This document shows positions 26,310 through 36,479 of a stretch of DNA of 48,360 nt, piece by piece. The notes beneath the pieces are model-generated. The model was not told where the DNA came from. It ran no database searches and saw nothing but the letters and a program-made list of their open reading frames with translations. The DNA is taken from the NCBI GenBank assembly GCA_001303705.1, contig LJUI01000026.1:1-48360 (forward strand), read 5' to 3'. Source of the stretch: a candidate division TA06 bacterium SM23_40. GTDB lineage: Bacteria > LJUI01 > SM1-40. A program made the position numbers and the translations under genes. Each line of letters opens with the position of its first letter. The first letter of the stretch is position 1.

Positions 26310-26393
26310 AGGCGCACCAGGACCCCGCTACCCGTGCGGGGTCGCTCGGGGGAACCGGCAACACTCCTGGTTCAGATACTCAGGGGGAGGTAC

Positions 26394-27008
26394 GTGACAG
26401 AGAGGCGCCGCATCTTCCGCGTCGGACTCACCGGCGGGACCGGGGCCGGCAAGACCGTCGTCGCCCGATACCTCGTGAGCTGGGGTGCCCTACTCATCGA
26501 GGGAGACGTCATCGGGCGCGAAGTCGTCGAGCCCGGTTCCGACGCGTGGAAGGCGCTTGTCAACGCCTTCGGGCAGGAGATTCTGCTCCATGAGGGGACA
26601 CTCGACAGGAGGAAGCTCGCACACCTCGTCTTCACTGATCCGGCGGCTCGTGCCGCGCATCCTCCCCTTCTCTCCCGTCTCCATGAGACGATCCAGAGAG
26701 TCGAACAGCATGCCGGCGCGCACGGCCGCATCCTCGTCGTCGATGCCGCCCTGATCTTCGAATGGGATATCCTCGACTGGTTCGATCGGATCCTCGTCGT
26801 CGTCGCCTCCGAGGAGTCCTGTGTCAGGCGGCTCATTGAGGACGGATTGAGCGAAGCCGAGGCGCGCGGCCGCATCCGTTCCCAGCTCGATCCTCTGGAG
26901 AAGGCCCGGCGGGCCCATGAGGTGATCCGCAACGACGGGTCGCTCGAGGAGCTGGAGACGGCGGCCCGGGAGGTCTGGGAGAGGTTCCAGCAGGCGGCCC
27001 GCGCCTGA
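26394..27008 (+). CDS. coaE: Dephospho-CoA kinase
   Basis: VGLTGGTGAGKT P-loop, LDRRKLAHLVF, VVDAALIFE, RIRSQ, IRNDGSLEEL; SD GGGGGAGG. Confidence 0.93.
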   Translation: MTERRRIFRVGLTGGTGAGKTVVARYLVSWGALLIEGDVIGREVVEPGSDAWKALVNAFGQEILLHEGTLDRRKLAHLVFTDPAARAAHPPLLSRLHETIQRVEQHAGAHGRILVVDAALIFEWDILDWFDRILVVVASEESCVRRLIEDGLSEAEARGRIRSQLDPLEKARRAHEVIRNDGSLEELETAAREVWERFQQAARA

Positions 27009-27153
27009 CCCCTGCCCTTTTTCGATCATCCCCGCTCCATGTCCCGACTGCCGGTGCGCCGCTCTGTTGCGCTGCCTCACGGCAGCCGAGTTCGAGTGCC
27101 GGCCCGGGGATCCTCGAGCCGCGGACCGGCATCAGGCTCTCCGGCGCCCCGTC

Positions 27154-27182
27154 TTGACAAACGCTTCCCCCGAACATATAAT
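27154..27182 (+). promoter_or_regulatory. Consensus sigma70 promoter of the prfB operon
   Basis: TTGACA-17 bp-TATAAT, perfect match. Confidence 0.9.
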
Positions 27183-27205
27183 GAGTTGAGAGCAAAGGAG
27201 GGGCT

Positions 27206-28325
27206 ATGGAGATCGGTGGATTGCGTGACACCCTCAGCGAGCTCCGGGCTCGGATGGAGACTCTGCGGGGGTTTCTTTGACCTGGAGACGAGGCAGCGCG
27301 AGATGCGACGTCTCGAGCAGGAGATGGCCCGGGCCGGGTTCTGGGATGACCGCACGCGGGCCCAGGAGACGCTCGAGACGTTCAATGCTCACAAGGGCTG
27401 GATCGAGGCCTGGCAGAAACTAGAGGGCCAGGCTGACGACATCTCTGTGCTCGTCGAACTGGTTGAAGAGGACGACGAGGCCACCAGGAAAGAGATCGAG
27501 CAGGGCCTGGAGCGTCTCAGGGAGGGTATCGAGGATATCGAGCTGAGGCACATGCTCAGGGGGGAGGACGATGAGCGTGATGCGATCCTCGCGATCCATC
27601 CCGGGGCGGGTGGAACTGAGTCCCAGGACTGGGCGGGTATGCTCTTCCGTATGTATCTGCGGTGGGCAGAACGGAGGGGCTACCAGCATCGCATGCTCGA
27701 CTTCCAGCCCGGCGAGGAGGCGGGGATCAAGAACGCCACCATCGAGCTCGTGGGACGCTATGCATATGGATACCTCAAAGCAGAGAACGGCGTGCATCGC
27801 CTGGTCCGTATCTCGCCGTTCGATGCCAGTCACCGCCGACACACCTCCTTTGCCTCGATCTTCGTGACGCCTGCTATCGAGGACGATATCGAGGTCGACA
27901 TCAGGGACAGCGATCTCAGGGTCGACACCTTCCGCTCTTCCGGAGCAGGCGGTCAGCACGTCAACAAGACCGACTCGGCCGTGCGCATCACGCACATTCC
28001 TACCGGCATCGTAGCGACATGTCAAAATGAGCGCTCACAGCATCAGAATCGCGCGAATGCCATGCTCATCCTCCGTTCCCGGCTGTATCAGTACTACCGG
28101 GCCCGTGAGGATGAGCGCCTTCAGGCCCTCGAGGACGAGAAGACCGAGATCGCCTGGGGCAACCAGATCCGGTCCTATGTCTTCCACCCCTACAACTTGG
28201 TCAAGGACCACCGGACCAAACTCGAGGCAGGCAACACGGGCGCTGTGATGGATGGGGCGATCGATGAGTTCATCAGGGCGTACCTGATCCAGACAGGCTC
28301 GCCCGCGGCCACTGACGCTGCGTGA
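27206..28325 (+). CDS. prfB: Peptide chain release factor 2 with programmed +1 frameshift
   Basis: ATG 27206 after AAAGGAGG; 24 codons to CTT TGA C (27275-27281); the +1 frame continues DLETRQRE..; GAGGTESQDW, RISPFD (SPF), GAGGQHVN (GGQ). Confidence 0.97.
27266..27281 (+). promoter_or_regulatory. RF2 autoregulatory frameshift cassette
   Basis: Internal SD-like GGGGG followed by TTT CTT TGA C. Confidence 0.92.
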
Positions 28326-28489
28326 AGACAGGCTTGGCGCAGCACGCAGCTTGTATTATCTTGTACATGGTGCCGGGCAGAGCCCCGGGGGCTCCCGTCG
28401 GCATCCGGGCGGAGGGTCCATCCTGATATGTCCGGAGATGACGGGTCGTGTCCGGTTCGGTACCATGCCAGAGGGAGGGAGGCTGACCG

Positions 28490-30031
28490 GTGGGGCGAGA
28501 ACTCCGCCAACAGATGGCGCAGAGGTTGAAGAAACTGTCTCTGCTGGAGGAACGAGGGACAGTCGCCTTCGCCTACCGGTTCTCTCCCACCCACGTGAGC
28601 AGGGAGATCCTTGAGAACGCTGACGAGTTCGTGGAGCAGGGGACGAGGGTGAAGATAGCGGGGAGACTCGTGTCTCTCAGGGAACACGGCAAGACGACGT
28701 TCGCTCACGTACTCGACGGCCACGGCCGCATCCAGCTGTATCTGAGACAGGACAGGCTGGGGGAAGACCAGTTCGAGGTCACGAAGCTCTTTGACATCGG
28801 TGACTTCGTGGGCGTCGAAGGTCATGTCTTTCGCACGCGGACGAGCGAGGTGACGGTCGAAGTCGAGTTGTTCGCTCTTCTCGCCAAGTCCCTGAGGCCG
28901 CTCCCTGAGAAGTGGCATGGGCTGCGCGATGTGGAGACCCGATCGCGACAGCGGTATGCAGATCTGATCATGAACCAGTCTGTGAAGGATGCATTCACCG
29001 CTCGATCGCGAATGATCGGTCTGATCCGTTCCTTTCTCGAGGCGAGGGGGTTCATCGAGGTGGAGACGCCTGTACTCCAGGAGCGGTACGGAGGGGCGTT
29101 CGCCCGGCCATTCGTCACACATCATCAGGCACTCGACATGCCGCTCTACCTTCGCATCGCGGACGAGCTGTATATGAAGCGTCTGATCATCGGCGGCTAT
29201 GAAAAGGTATACGAGATCGGAAAGGATTTCCGGAATGAAGGGATCGACAGATTCCACAATCCCGAGTTCACCATGCTCGAAGCGTACCAAGCCTATGCCG
29301 ACTACCACGACATGATGGAGCTCGTGGAACAGCTCTTCTCGGATGTGGCGCGGGAGCTCGTGGGATCGACATCGATCACCTATCAGGGCCGGCACGTCGA
29401 TCTCAGGCCGCCCTGGCGCAGAGTCACCTTCCTGGGCGCACTCGGTGAACATCTGGCCCGGGATGTACGCGATCTCGAGGCCGATGCTCTGCGAGGACTG
29501 GCGGTCGAGCGGGGGATCGAGGTAGACGACGCGGATGACCGTGCGAAGCTCCTTGACGTGCTCTTCAGCGAGGCGGTTGAGCCGCACCTGATCGAGCCCT
29601 GCTTTGTCACTGACTATCCGATGGAGATGTCTCCACTGGCGAAGCGGGCCCGGCACGATCCAGCCGTGACCGAGCGGTTCGAGCCCTTCATCTGCGGGAT
29701 CGAGTTGGGGAATGCCTTCTCGGAGTTGAACGATCCTCGCGAGCAGCGCGAACGTCTGGAGGAGCAAGCGCGTCTGAGAGAGGCAGGGCGAGTTGATGCC
29801 GAAGGAATCGACGAGGACTTCCTGAGGGCGATGGAGTACGGGATGCCGCCCACGGGTGGCCTCGGATTGGGGATTGATCGAATGGCGATGCTCTTCACCG
29901 ATACGCATTCCATACGAGACATGATCTTCTTCCCGCATATGCGGCCCGAGACGCCGACGGATATAGACGCAGAGGACGTGGAGGCTGATGAGTCGGTACC
30001 GGTGGCACGCCGCGATCCTGGATCGGAATAG
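28490..30031 (+). CDS. lysS: Lysine--tRNA ligase (class II)
   Basis: KSLRPLPEKWHGL, RQRYADL, EVETP, LRIADELY, FRNEGID..HNPEF, YGMPPTGGLGLGIDR. Confidence 0.97.
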   Translation: MGRELRQQMAQRLKKLSLLEERGTVAFAYRFSPTHVSREILENADEFVEQGTRVKIAGRLVSLREHGKTTFAHVLDGHGRIQLYLRQDRLGEDQFEVTKLFDIGDFVGVEGHVFRTRTSEVTVEVELFALLAKSLRPLPEKWHGLRDVETRSRQRYADLIMNQSVKDAFTARSRMIGLIRSFLEARGFIEVETPVLQERYGGAFARPFVTHHQALDMPLYLRIADELYMKRLIIGGYEKVYEIGKDFRNEGIDRFHNPEFTMLEAYQAYADYHDMMELVEQLFSDVARELVGSTSITYQGRHVDLRPPWRRVTFLGALGEHLARDVRDLEADALRGLAVERGIEVDDADDRAKLLDVLFSEAVEPHLIEPCFVTDYPMEMSPLAKRARHDPAVTERFEPFICGIELGNAFSELNDPREQRERLEEQARLREAGRVDAEGIDEDFLRAMEYGMPPTGGLGLGIDRMAMLFTDTHSIRDMIFFPHMRPETPTDIDAEDVEADESVPVARRDPGSE

Positions 30032-30069
30032 GGCGAGCGAGCCGGGTGAGGTGAGTGCGCGAGGGGGCG

Positions 30070-31302
30070 ATGAGACGACACGAGTGGATGGTTGCCAGGA
30101 GGTACTTCGGATCGAAACGATGGCGCTGGTTTCCCTCTGCGATCTCCACCTTCTCGATCGGAGGGATCTTCGTCGGTGTGGCAGCCTTGCTCACGGTACT
30201 CTCGGTCATGAACGGCTTCCACACCGAGCTCCGGGATAAGATCATCGGCACGACGTCTCATCTCGTCGTATTGCGCTATCACAACGAGCCGGTGGAGGAG
30301 TATCGCGCGCTCAGTGAGCAGATTCAGACGTATCCCCATGTAGTCGGCGTTGCACCGTTCGTGTACTCGAAGGCGATGATCTCTGCGGAATCGTACGTCG
30401 ACGGGATCGTGGTTCGAGGGATCGACCCGGAGGTGGGGCTCGGCGTGATCGATCTGCCGGAGAACATCGTCCTGGGTGGGCTCGCGCTGGGGAATGAGGG
30501 AGAGGACGGCCTTCCGGGGATAATTCTCGGGCTTAACTTGGCAGACAACCTCCGTGCGCACATCGGGACGGAGGTGGTCCTCGCCACGCCCGGATCGGCG
30601 CTCGCGCCGATGGGAGTGGTGCCGAGGCTCAAGAAGTTCCGTGTCGCCGGGGTCTTCGATGCAGGTATGTATGAGTACAATGCCTCTCTGGCCTACATAT
30701 CACTCGAGAGTGCACAGGATATCTTTGATATGGGCGATCGGGTGACGGGCCTGGAGGTGAAACTGGACGACATATATCGCGCTCCGGCGGTCGCGCGGGC
30801 CATCGAACGGGATCTCGGGTATCCGTTTCGGACGAATGACTGGATCGAGCTGAACAGCAATCTCTTCCGTGCCCTATCTCTCGAAAAGCAGGTGATGTTT
30901 CTCATATTGGCGTTGATCGTGGTTGTCGCGGCATTCAATATCGTTTCGAGCCTTATTATGCTCGTCATCAAGAAGACGAAGGAGATCGGGATTCTGAAAT
31001 CGATGGGAGCGACCGCCGGGAGCATTATGCGTATATTTGTGCTGGAGGGGCTGATTCTCGGGGTGATCGGCACCGTGATGGGTGTAGCAGGGGGGCTCGT
31101 CCTCTCCTGGGTCATCGACAGATATCGATTCATTCGGATTCCGGGGGAGGTCTACTTCCTCGATACTCTGCCGGTGAGAATGGAACTGACCGATTTTGTG
31201 GTGGTCGCGGCAGCATCGCTTACGATAAGCCTGTTGGCGACGATCTATCCCGCATATCGTGCCTCGCGGCTGGTTCCGGTCGAGGCGATCCGATACGAAT
31301 GA
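30070..31302 (+). CDS. Lipoprotein-releasing ABC transporter permease (LolC/E family)
   Basis: VARRY..SIGGIFVGVAALLTVLSVMNGF; VAAFNIVSSL..KEIGILKSMGA; YPAYRASRLVPVEAIRYE. Confidence 0.94.
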   Translation: MRRHEWMVARRYFGSKRWRWFPSAISTFSIGGIFVGVAALLTVLSVMNGFHTELRDKIIGTTSHLVVLRYHNEPVEEYRALSEQIQTYPHVVGVAPFVYSKAMISAESYVDGIVVRGIDPEVGLGVIDLPENIVLGGLALGNEGEDGLPGIILGLNLADNLRAHIGTEVVLATPGSALAPMGVVPRLKKFRVAGVFDAGMYEYNASLAYISLESAQDIFDMGDRVTGLEVKLDDIYRAPAVARAIERDLGYPFRTNDWIELNSNLFRALSLEKQVMFLILALIVVVAAFNIVSSLIMLVIKKTKEIGILKSMGATAGSIMRIFVLEGLILGVIGTVMGVAGGLVLSWVIDRYRFIRIPGEVYFLDTLPVRMELTDFVVVAAASLTISLLATIYPAYRASRLVPVEAIRYE

Positions 31303-31339
31303 TCGTGGTTGGAGAGGGCTGGCAAACGACGAGCGATTG

Positions 31340-32008
31340 ATGGCGATTCTCGAGGCGAGGGGGCTGCACAAGGTTTATGGCCGGGGGCCCGGCTCACTCC
31401 ACGTGTTGCACGGCATCGATCTGCTGATCGACACGGGGGAGGTGGTCATAGTCATCGGGCCGTCGGGTGCCGGGAAGTCGACACTCCTCCATATACTGGG
31501 GGGTCTCGACCGCCCCACTCGAGGGCAGGTGATGTTCGACGGGGCGGATCTGTTTCGGCGATCGGCCCAGGAGCTCGCCCGTGTGCGGAACCGGAGTGTA
31601 GGATTCGTCTTTCAGTTTCATCATCTGCTGCCGGAATTCACCGCGCTCGAGAATGTTCTGCTTCCGATGCTGATAGCGGGAGAGTCGAGGTCCGGAGCCG
31701 TGGGGAGGGCGACAGAGTTGCTCGAGGCCGTCGGATTGGGAGCTCGAGTCACACATCGGCCGAACGAGCTCTCTGCCGGCGAGAAGCAGCGTGTTGCGGT
31801 AGCACGGGCCCTTGTCAATCGCCCCAAGATAGTGCTGGCCGACGAGCCATCCGGCAATCTCGACCGAGCGACGGGTGAGATGCTCTATGATCTTATAATG
31901 AAGCTGAAATCTGAGTACGACACTACGTTCGTCATCGTCACCCATGACGAGACCCTGGAGGATAAGGCGACGAAGGTAGTGCGGTTGGTCGACGGGAAGA
32001 TCGTCTAG
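31340..32008 (+). CDS. lolD: Lipoprotein-releasing ABC transporter ATPase
   Basis: GPSGAGKST, GFVFQFHHLLPEFTALENV (LolD motif), LSAGEKQR, LADEPSGNLD, VTHD. Confidence 0.94.
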   Translation: MAILEARGLHKVYGRGPGSLHVLHGIDLLIDTGEVVIVIGPSGAGKSTLLHILGGLDRPTRGQVMFDGADLFRRSAQELARVRNRSVGFVFQFHHLLPEFTALENVLLPMLIAGESRSGAVGRATELLEAVGLGARVTHRPNELSAGEKQRVAVARALVNRPKIVLADEPSGNLDRATGEMLYDLIMKLKSEYDTTFVIVTHDETLEDKATKVVRLVDGKIV

Positions 32009-32029
32009 GATGCGGTGAGGAAGAGCCCA

Positions 32030-32584
32030 ATGAAATGCGATAACTGTGGAGAACGGGAAGCGACGGTTGAGTACCGAGAGATGCGGGATGGGAAGACAAC
32101 CACCTATCATTTCTGCAAGGACTGCGCCAAAGAGAAGGGGCTCGAGTCGACTCCCCCCAAGACTCAGTACTCAATAAGCGACATACTGGTAAGCATGGTC
32201 GATGGATCCGGGACATCCGAGACAACGATAGAGAGCGAACTGCGGTGTCCCAAGTGTGCGCTCAGCTATGCCGAGTTCGGGCGGGGAGGGAAGCTCGGGT
32301 GTCCCGCGTGCTACACTGCATTTCGCGGGCAACTCGAACCGCTCCTGCGGCGCATTCACGGCGCAACAAGCCACGTGGGTAAAACGGTCAAGGCGGCGAG
32401 CGCAACGAGCAAGACGAAGCGGGAGATACGCCAGCTCGAACGGGCCCTGCAGCAGGCTGTCCAGAGAGAAGCCTTCGAAGATGCAGCGGAGATCCGGGAC
32501 AAGATCCGGACGCTGGAGGCAGGACTCATCGTCCCACAATCGAATACGAAGTCGGAAGTATCGGGAGCATCGGAGGGCGAATGA
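32030..32584 (+). CDS. mcsA: McsA (CxxC motifs + UVR domain)
   Basis: MKCDNC, FCKDCA, CPKC, LGCPACY..F..L..IHG..HVGK, EAFEDAAEIRDKI. Confidence 0.93.
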   Translation: MKCDNCGEREATVEYREMRDGKTTTYHFCKDCAKEKGLESTPPKTQYSISDILVSMVDGSGTSETTIESELRCPKCALSYAEFGRGGKLGCPACYTAFRGQLEPLLRRIHGATSHVGKTVKAASATSKTKREIRQLERALQQAVQREAFEDAAEIRDKIRTLEAGLIVPQSNTKSEVSGASEGE

Positions 32585-33636
32585 TGGACCTCGATGGCAT
32601 GGTGGGGCAGGCGCCGAAGTGGCTCGAGGGGTCGGGGCCGACGCCTGAGATCGTACTCTCCTCACGGGTGAGACTGGCCCGGAATCTGGCTGCCTATCCA
32701 TTCGCCCAGCGGGCAAAGGCGAGTCAGCTAGGAGAGATCGTCTCCGAGGTGGAGCGGGCCGCGATGGCGAACGAGCTGTTCGAGGAGGCGCTGGTTGCGG
32801 AGATCAAGGGGCTGTCGGACATCGACAGGCGCTTCCTTCTCGAGCGGCACCTTATCAGCCCGGAGATGGCGACGCAGCGACGAGATGGAGCGCTCATCGT
32901 CGCAGACGGTGAGAGTGTCAGCATAATGATCAATGAGGAGGATCACCTGCGCCTCCAGTCGATTTGCTCCGGCCTGCAGTTGTCTGATGCGTATCGCGCG
33001 ATCGACGGAGTGGATGATGGGCTGGAGGAGACGCTCCAGTATGCATTCCTGGACAAGTGGGGATACCTCACCGCCTGCCCCACCAACACGGGCACGGGCA
33101 TGCGGGCCTCCGTCCTCATTCACCTCCCTGCGCTAGTCCATACAAAGGAGATCGACAAAGCATTGCGTGGGGCAAGTCAGGTCGGTCTCGCGGTCCGGGG
33201 GTTCTATGGAGAGGGCACCGAGGTGAAGGGGAACCTGTTTCAGATATCGAATCAGACTACCCTTGGCCGGAGTGAGGAGGACAGCATCGAGGCCCTCGAC
33301 CGCGTGACGCGCCAGATCATCGACTACGAGAAGAGACAGCGGGAGGTGCTCATACAGAGTGCACCCCACCAGGTCGAAGATAAGATCTGGAGGGCGTACG
33401 GCATTCTGACGAATGCGCGAATCCTCAGCTCCGATGAGGTGATGTCGATCTCATCCGCAGTGCGGCTGGGGATCGGTCTGGGATTGATCAACACGCTTCC
33501 GCTTACTGTATTGAACGAGCTCGTCATTTTCACTCAGCCAGCTCATCTTCAGCGGTACTACGGGGCCGAAATGGAGGCCTCGGAGCGTGACACAAAACGA
33601 GCAGAGTTCGTCCGGGAGAGCGTCATGGGGCGCTGA
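32581..33636 (+). CDS. mcsB: Protein arginine kinase McsB
   Basis: IVLSSRVRLARN, INEEDHLR, YLTACPTNTGTGMRAS, FQISNQTTLG. Confidence 0.96.
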   Translation: MMDLDGMVGQAPKWLEGSGPTPEIVLSSRVRLARNLAAYPFAQRAKASQLGEIVSEVERAAMANELFEEALVAEIKGLSDIDRRFLLERHLISPEMATQRRDGALIVADGESVSIMINEEDHLRLQSICSGLQLSDAYRAIDGVDDGLEETLQYAFLDKWGYLTACPTNTGTGMRASVLIHLPALVHTKEIDKALRGASQVGLAVRGFYGEGTEVKGNLFQISNQTTLGRSEEDSIEALDRVTRQIIDYEKRQREVLIQSAPHQVEDKIWRAYGILTNARILSSDEVMSISSAVRLGIGLGLINTLPLTVLNELVIFTQPAHLQRYYGAEMEASERDTKRAEFVRESVMGR

Positions 33637-33761
33637 CCTGCCGGACGATTTTCTCCTGGTTCCGAAAAGAGAGGGTCGCTGTGCGAGGACGCGTATCGAG
33701 GAGCCGCCCACGAGGAGCGGCGCCGAGGACGTCGCGAGACCCGCTACCCGGAGGACGATAG

Positions 33762-36254
33762 ATGCAAGACAGATTTACTGAGCGCGTGAAGAGAGTGATG
33801 TATCTCGCCCGAGAAGAAGCCGCGAGGCTGCAGCACGACTATATCGGGACCGAGCATCTCTTGTTAGGGCTGATCAGGGAGGGGGAGGGTGTTGCGGCGT
33901 TGGTGTTGATGAACCTGGGCCTCGATCTCGAGACCCTTCGGCAGGCGGTCGAGGACGTCGCTCCCGCCGGCGGTGGTACGCTGACGATCAGCGAGATCCC
34001 GTTGAATCCGAACGCCAAGAGGTCGCTCGAGCTCGCCGTCGAGGAGGCACGCTCCCTGGGGCATAGCTACATCGGGACCGAGCATCTCCTTCTCGGACTT
34101 CTCAAAGAGGGCGAGGGCGTCGCGTCGATGGTTCTCAAGAAACTGGGGGTGAGCCTCGAACAGGTCAAGGAGGAGACGGTTAACCTCCTGGGTGGAGCGA
34201 TGAAGGAGTTTCATCCCCATCCTCAGCCGCAGCAGCTGGCCGGCAAGGAGAAGTCGAAGACCGCGGCGCTCGACTACTTCTGTCGGGATCTGACGCAACT
34301 GGCGATGGAAGACAAGTTGGATCCGATTATCGGCCGGGAGCAGGAAATAGAGCGGGTCGTCCAGGTTCTGAGCCGCAGGAAGAAGAACAATCCTGTCCTT
34401 ATTGGAGAGCCGGGTGTGGGGAAGACAGCCATCGTCGAGGGTCTCGCCCAGCGCATCGTCGAGGGCAACGTGCCGGAGGTCCTCAAGGAGAAGCGGGTCA
34501 TGACGCTCGATATGGCGGCCGTCGTTGCCGGAACGAAGTATCGCGGTCAGTTCGAGGAAAGACTGAAGGCGGTGCTCAACGAGATCAGGCAGTCGGACGA
34601 GATCGTTCTGTTCATCGACGAGCTCCACACGATCGTCGGTGCGGGCGCGGCAGAGGGGGCGATCGATGCCTCTAACATGCTGAAGCCGTCTCTCGCACGT
34701 GGCGAACTGCAGTGCATAGGCGCAACGACTCTCGAGGAGTATCGCAAACACATCGAAAAGGACGGCGCGCTCGAGCGCCGCTTCCAGACGATCATGGTGG
34801 ATCCTCCGTCTGTTGAGGAGACCGTTGACATCCTGAAGGGGCTGCGTGACAGGTACGAGGATCATCATCGGGTGCGCTACTCGGACGAGGCGCTCGAGGA
34901 GTCGGCACGTCTCTCTGATCGATACATCTCCGATCGGTTCCTGCCCGACAAGGCGATTGATGTCATCGACGAGGCAGGATCGCGCGTGAAACTCTCGGCC
35001 ATGACGACGCCCCCCGAGCTCGTCGGGCTGGAGCACGAGCTCGAAGACGTCGTGAAAGAGAAGCGCCTCGCTATCGAGAGGCAGGAGTTCGAGCGTGCTG
35101 CGGCGCTGCGGGATCGCCAGAAGAAGATCAACCGGGAGCTGAAGCACCTGCGCAAGGAGTGGACCGAGAAGCGGATGGAGGCGAGACACGAAGTCAGTGC
35201 TGAGGACATTGCCTTCATAATCTCGCGCTGGACGGGGATCCCGATTCTCAGGCTAGAGGAACGCGAATCGACGCGGCTGTTGAAGATGGAGGCCGAGCTG
35301 CGCAGGCGGATCGTCGGCCAGGATGAGGCACTTCAGGCGATCTCCCGTGCGATCCGCCGAACGCGGGCGGGATTGAAGGATCCGCGCCGACCGATCGGTT
35401 CGTTTCTCTTCCTCGGACCGACCGGTGTGGGGAAGACCGCTCTGGCGCAGGCCCTCGCCGTCTTCCTGTTCGAGGACGAGAGCGCACTCGTGAGAGTCGA
35501 TATGTCGGAATACATGGAGAAGTTTGCCGTCTCGCGTCTCATCGGGGCGCCCCCGGGGTATGTGGGGTATGAAGAGGGAGGCCAGCTGACTGAGAAGGTG
35601 AGACGGAAGCCGTACTCCGTCGTCCTCCTCGACGAGATCGAGAAAGCCCATCCCGATGTCTTCAACCTCCTTCTCCAGATATTCGAGGACGGCCACCTGA
35701 CCGATAGCTTCGGCCGCCGGGTCAACTTCAAGAACACCGTGCTGATCATGACCTCGAACATCGGGGCGAGGGAGATCAAGAAGGGACAGAGCCTCGGATT
35801 CAGGAAGACCGATCCGGCCCAAACCTACGAGGCGATGAAGGATACTCTGACGACCGAGCTCAAGAAAGTATTCAATCCCGAATTCCTCAACCGGGTGGAC
35901 GAGACCGTCATCTTCCGGGCGCTCGGTAAGGAGGAAATGGCCAAGATCGTCGAGATCATCCTCGACGATGTGCGGTCTCGACTGGCAGAAAAGAAGATGA
36001 AGCTGGTCCTCACTCCAGAGGCTCAGGAGCTCCTGGTGAATGAGGGGTTCGATCCCACGTTTGGGGCCCGGCCTCTGAAGCGCGCGATCCAGCGGCTCAT
36101 CGAGGATCCTCTGTCGGAAGAGCTACTCCGCGGCAGATTCACTGAAGGGTGTACCATCAAAGTTGAGCGTTGCGAGGACCGGCTTGCGTTTGTCGAGGAT
36201 CGACCGATGGCGATCAGTGGGACGACGTCCTCCAACGGTTTGCCTCTATTCTAG
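33762..36254 (+). CDS. clpC: ATP-dependent Clp protease ATPase ClpC
   Basis: Two Clp-N repeats ([10 protein letters not shown]), [11 protein letters not shown] middle domain ([11 protein letters not shown]), [12 protein letters not shown] ClpP-docking loop. Confidence 0.96.
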   Translation: MQDRFTERVKRVMYLAREEAARLQHDYIGTEHLLLGLIREGEGVAALVLMNLGLDLETLRQAVEDVAPAGGGTLTISEIPLNPNAKRSLELAVEEARSLGHSYIGTEHLLLGLLKEGEGVASMVLKKLGVSLEQVKEETVNLLGGAMKEFHPHPQPQQLAGKEKSKTAALDYFCRDLTQLAMEDKLDPIIGREQEIERVVQVLSRRKKNNPVLIGEPGVGKTAIVEGLAQRIVEGNVPEVLKEKRVMTLDMAAVVAGTKYRGQFEERLKAVLNEIRQSDEIVLFIDELHTIVGAGAAEGAIDASNMLKPSLARGELQCIGATTLEEYRKHIEKDGALERRFQTIMVDPPSVEETVDILKGLRDRYEDHHRVRYSDEALEESARLSDRYISDRFLPDKAIDVIDEAGSRVKLSAMTTPPELVGLEHELEDVVKEKRLAIERQEFERAAALRDRQKKINRELKHLRKEWTEKRMEARHEVSAEDIAFIISRWTGIPILRLEERESTRLLKMEAELRRRIVGQDEALQAISRAIRRTRAGLKDPRRPIGSFLFLGPTGVGKTALAQALAVFLFEDESALVRVDMSEYMEKFAVSRLIGAPPGYVGYEEGGQLTEKVRRKPYSVVLLDEIEKAHPDVFNLLLQIFEDGHLTDSFGRRVNFKNTVLIMTSNIGAREIKKGQSLGFRKTDPAQTYEAMKDTLTTELKKVFNPEFLNRVDETVIFRALGKEEMAKIVEIILDDVRSRLAEKKMKLVLTPEAQELLVNEGFDPTFGARPLKRAIQRLIEDPLSEELLRGRFTEGCTIKVERCEDRLAFVEDRPMAISGTTSSNGLPLF

Positions 36255-36479
36255 GAGAGGGTGGAGCACCGTTCCGCATCGACCTGCTCCAGTCTGATAT
36301 TCACCCTCACGATGATGCTCCGGCCGTGTCGTCAATGACGACCGTGGCACACGATTTTTTCCCATGTAGGATTCTGTCTCACGAGGGACGCAAGTTTTTT
36401 GCCTCAGGGATGTTCTGCCCTTTGGAAACGAGGGCACGACATTGGTGTCGGCAACCACATTCGGCGCTGCGAGGTGAGG

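Noticed and set aside
27039-27205. N-terminal extension of RF2 in the ORF track
   Set aside because: This is promoter DNA; the true start is 27206 with a frameshift.
28326-28489. T-box or lysine riboswitch ahead of lysS
   Set aside because: No T-box consensus or lysine-riboswitch motifs; only short GC-rich stems.
36345-36362. sigma54-like TGGCAC upstream of bamA
   Set aside because: Lacks the -12 TTGC element.
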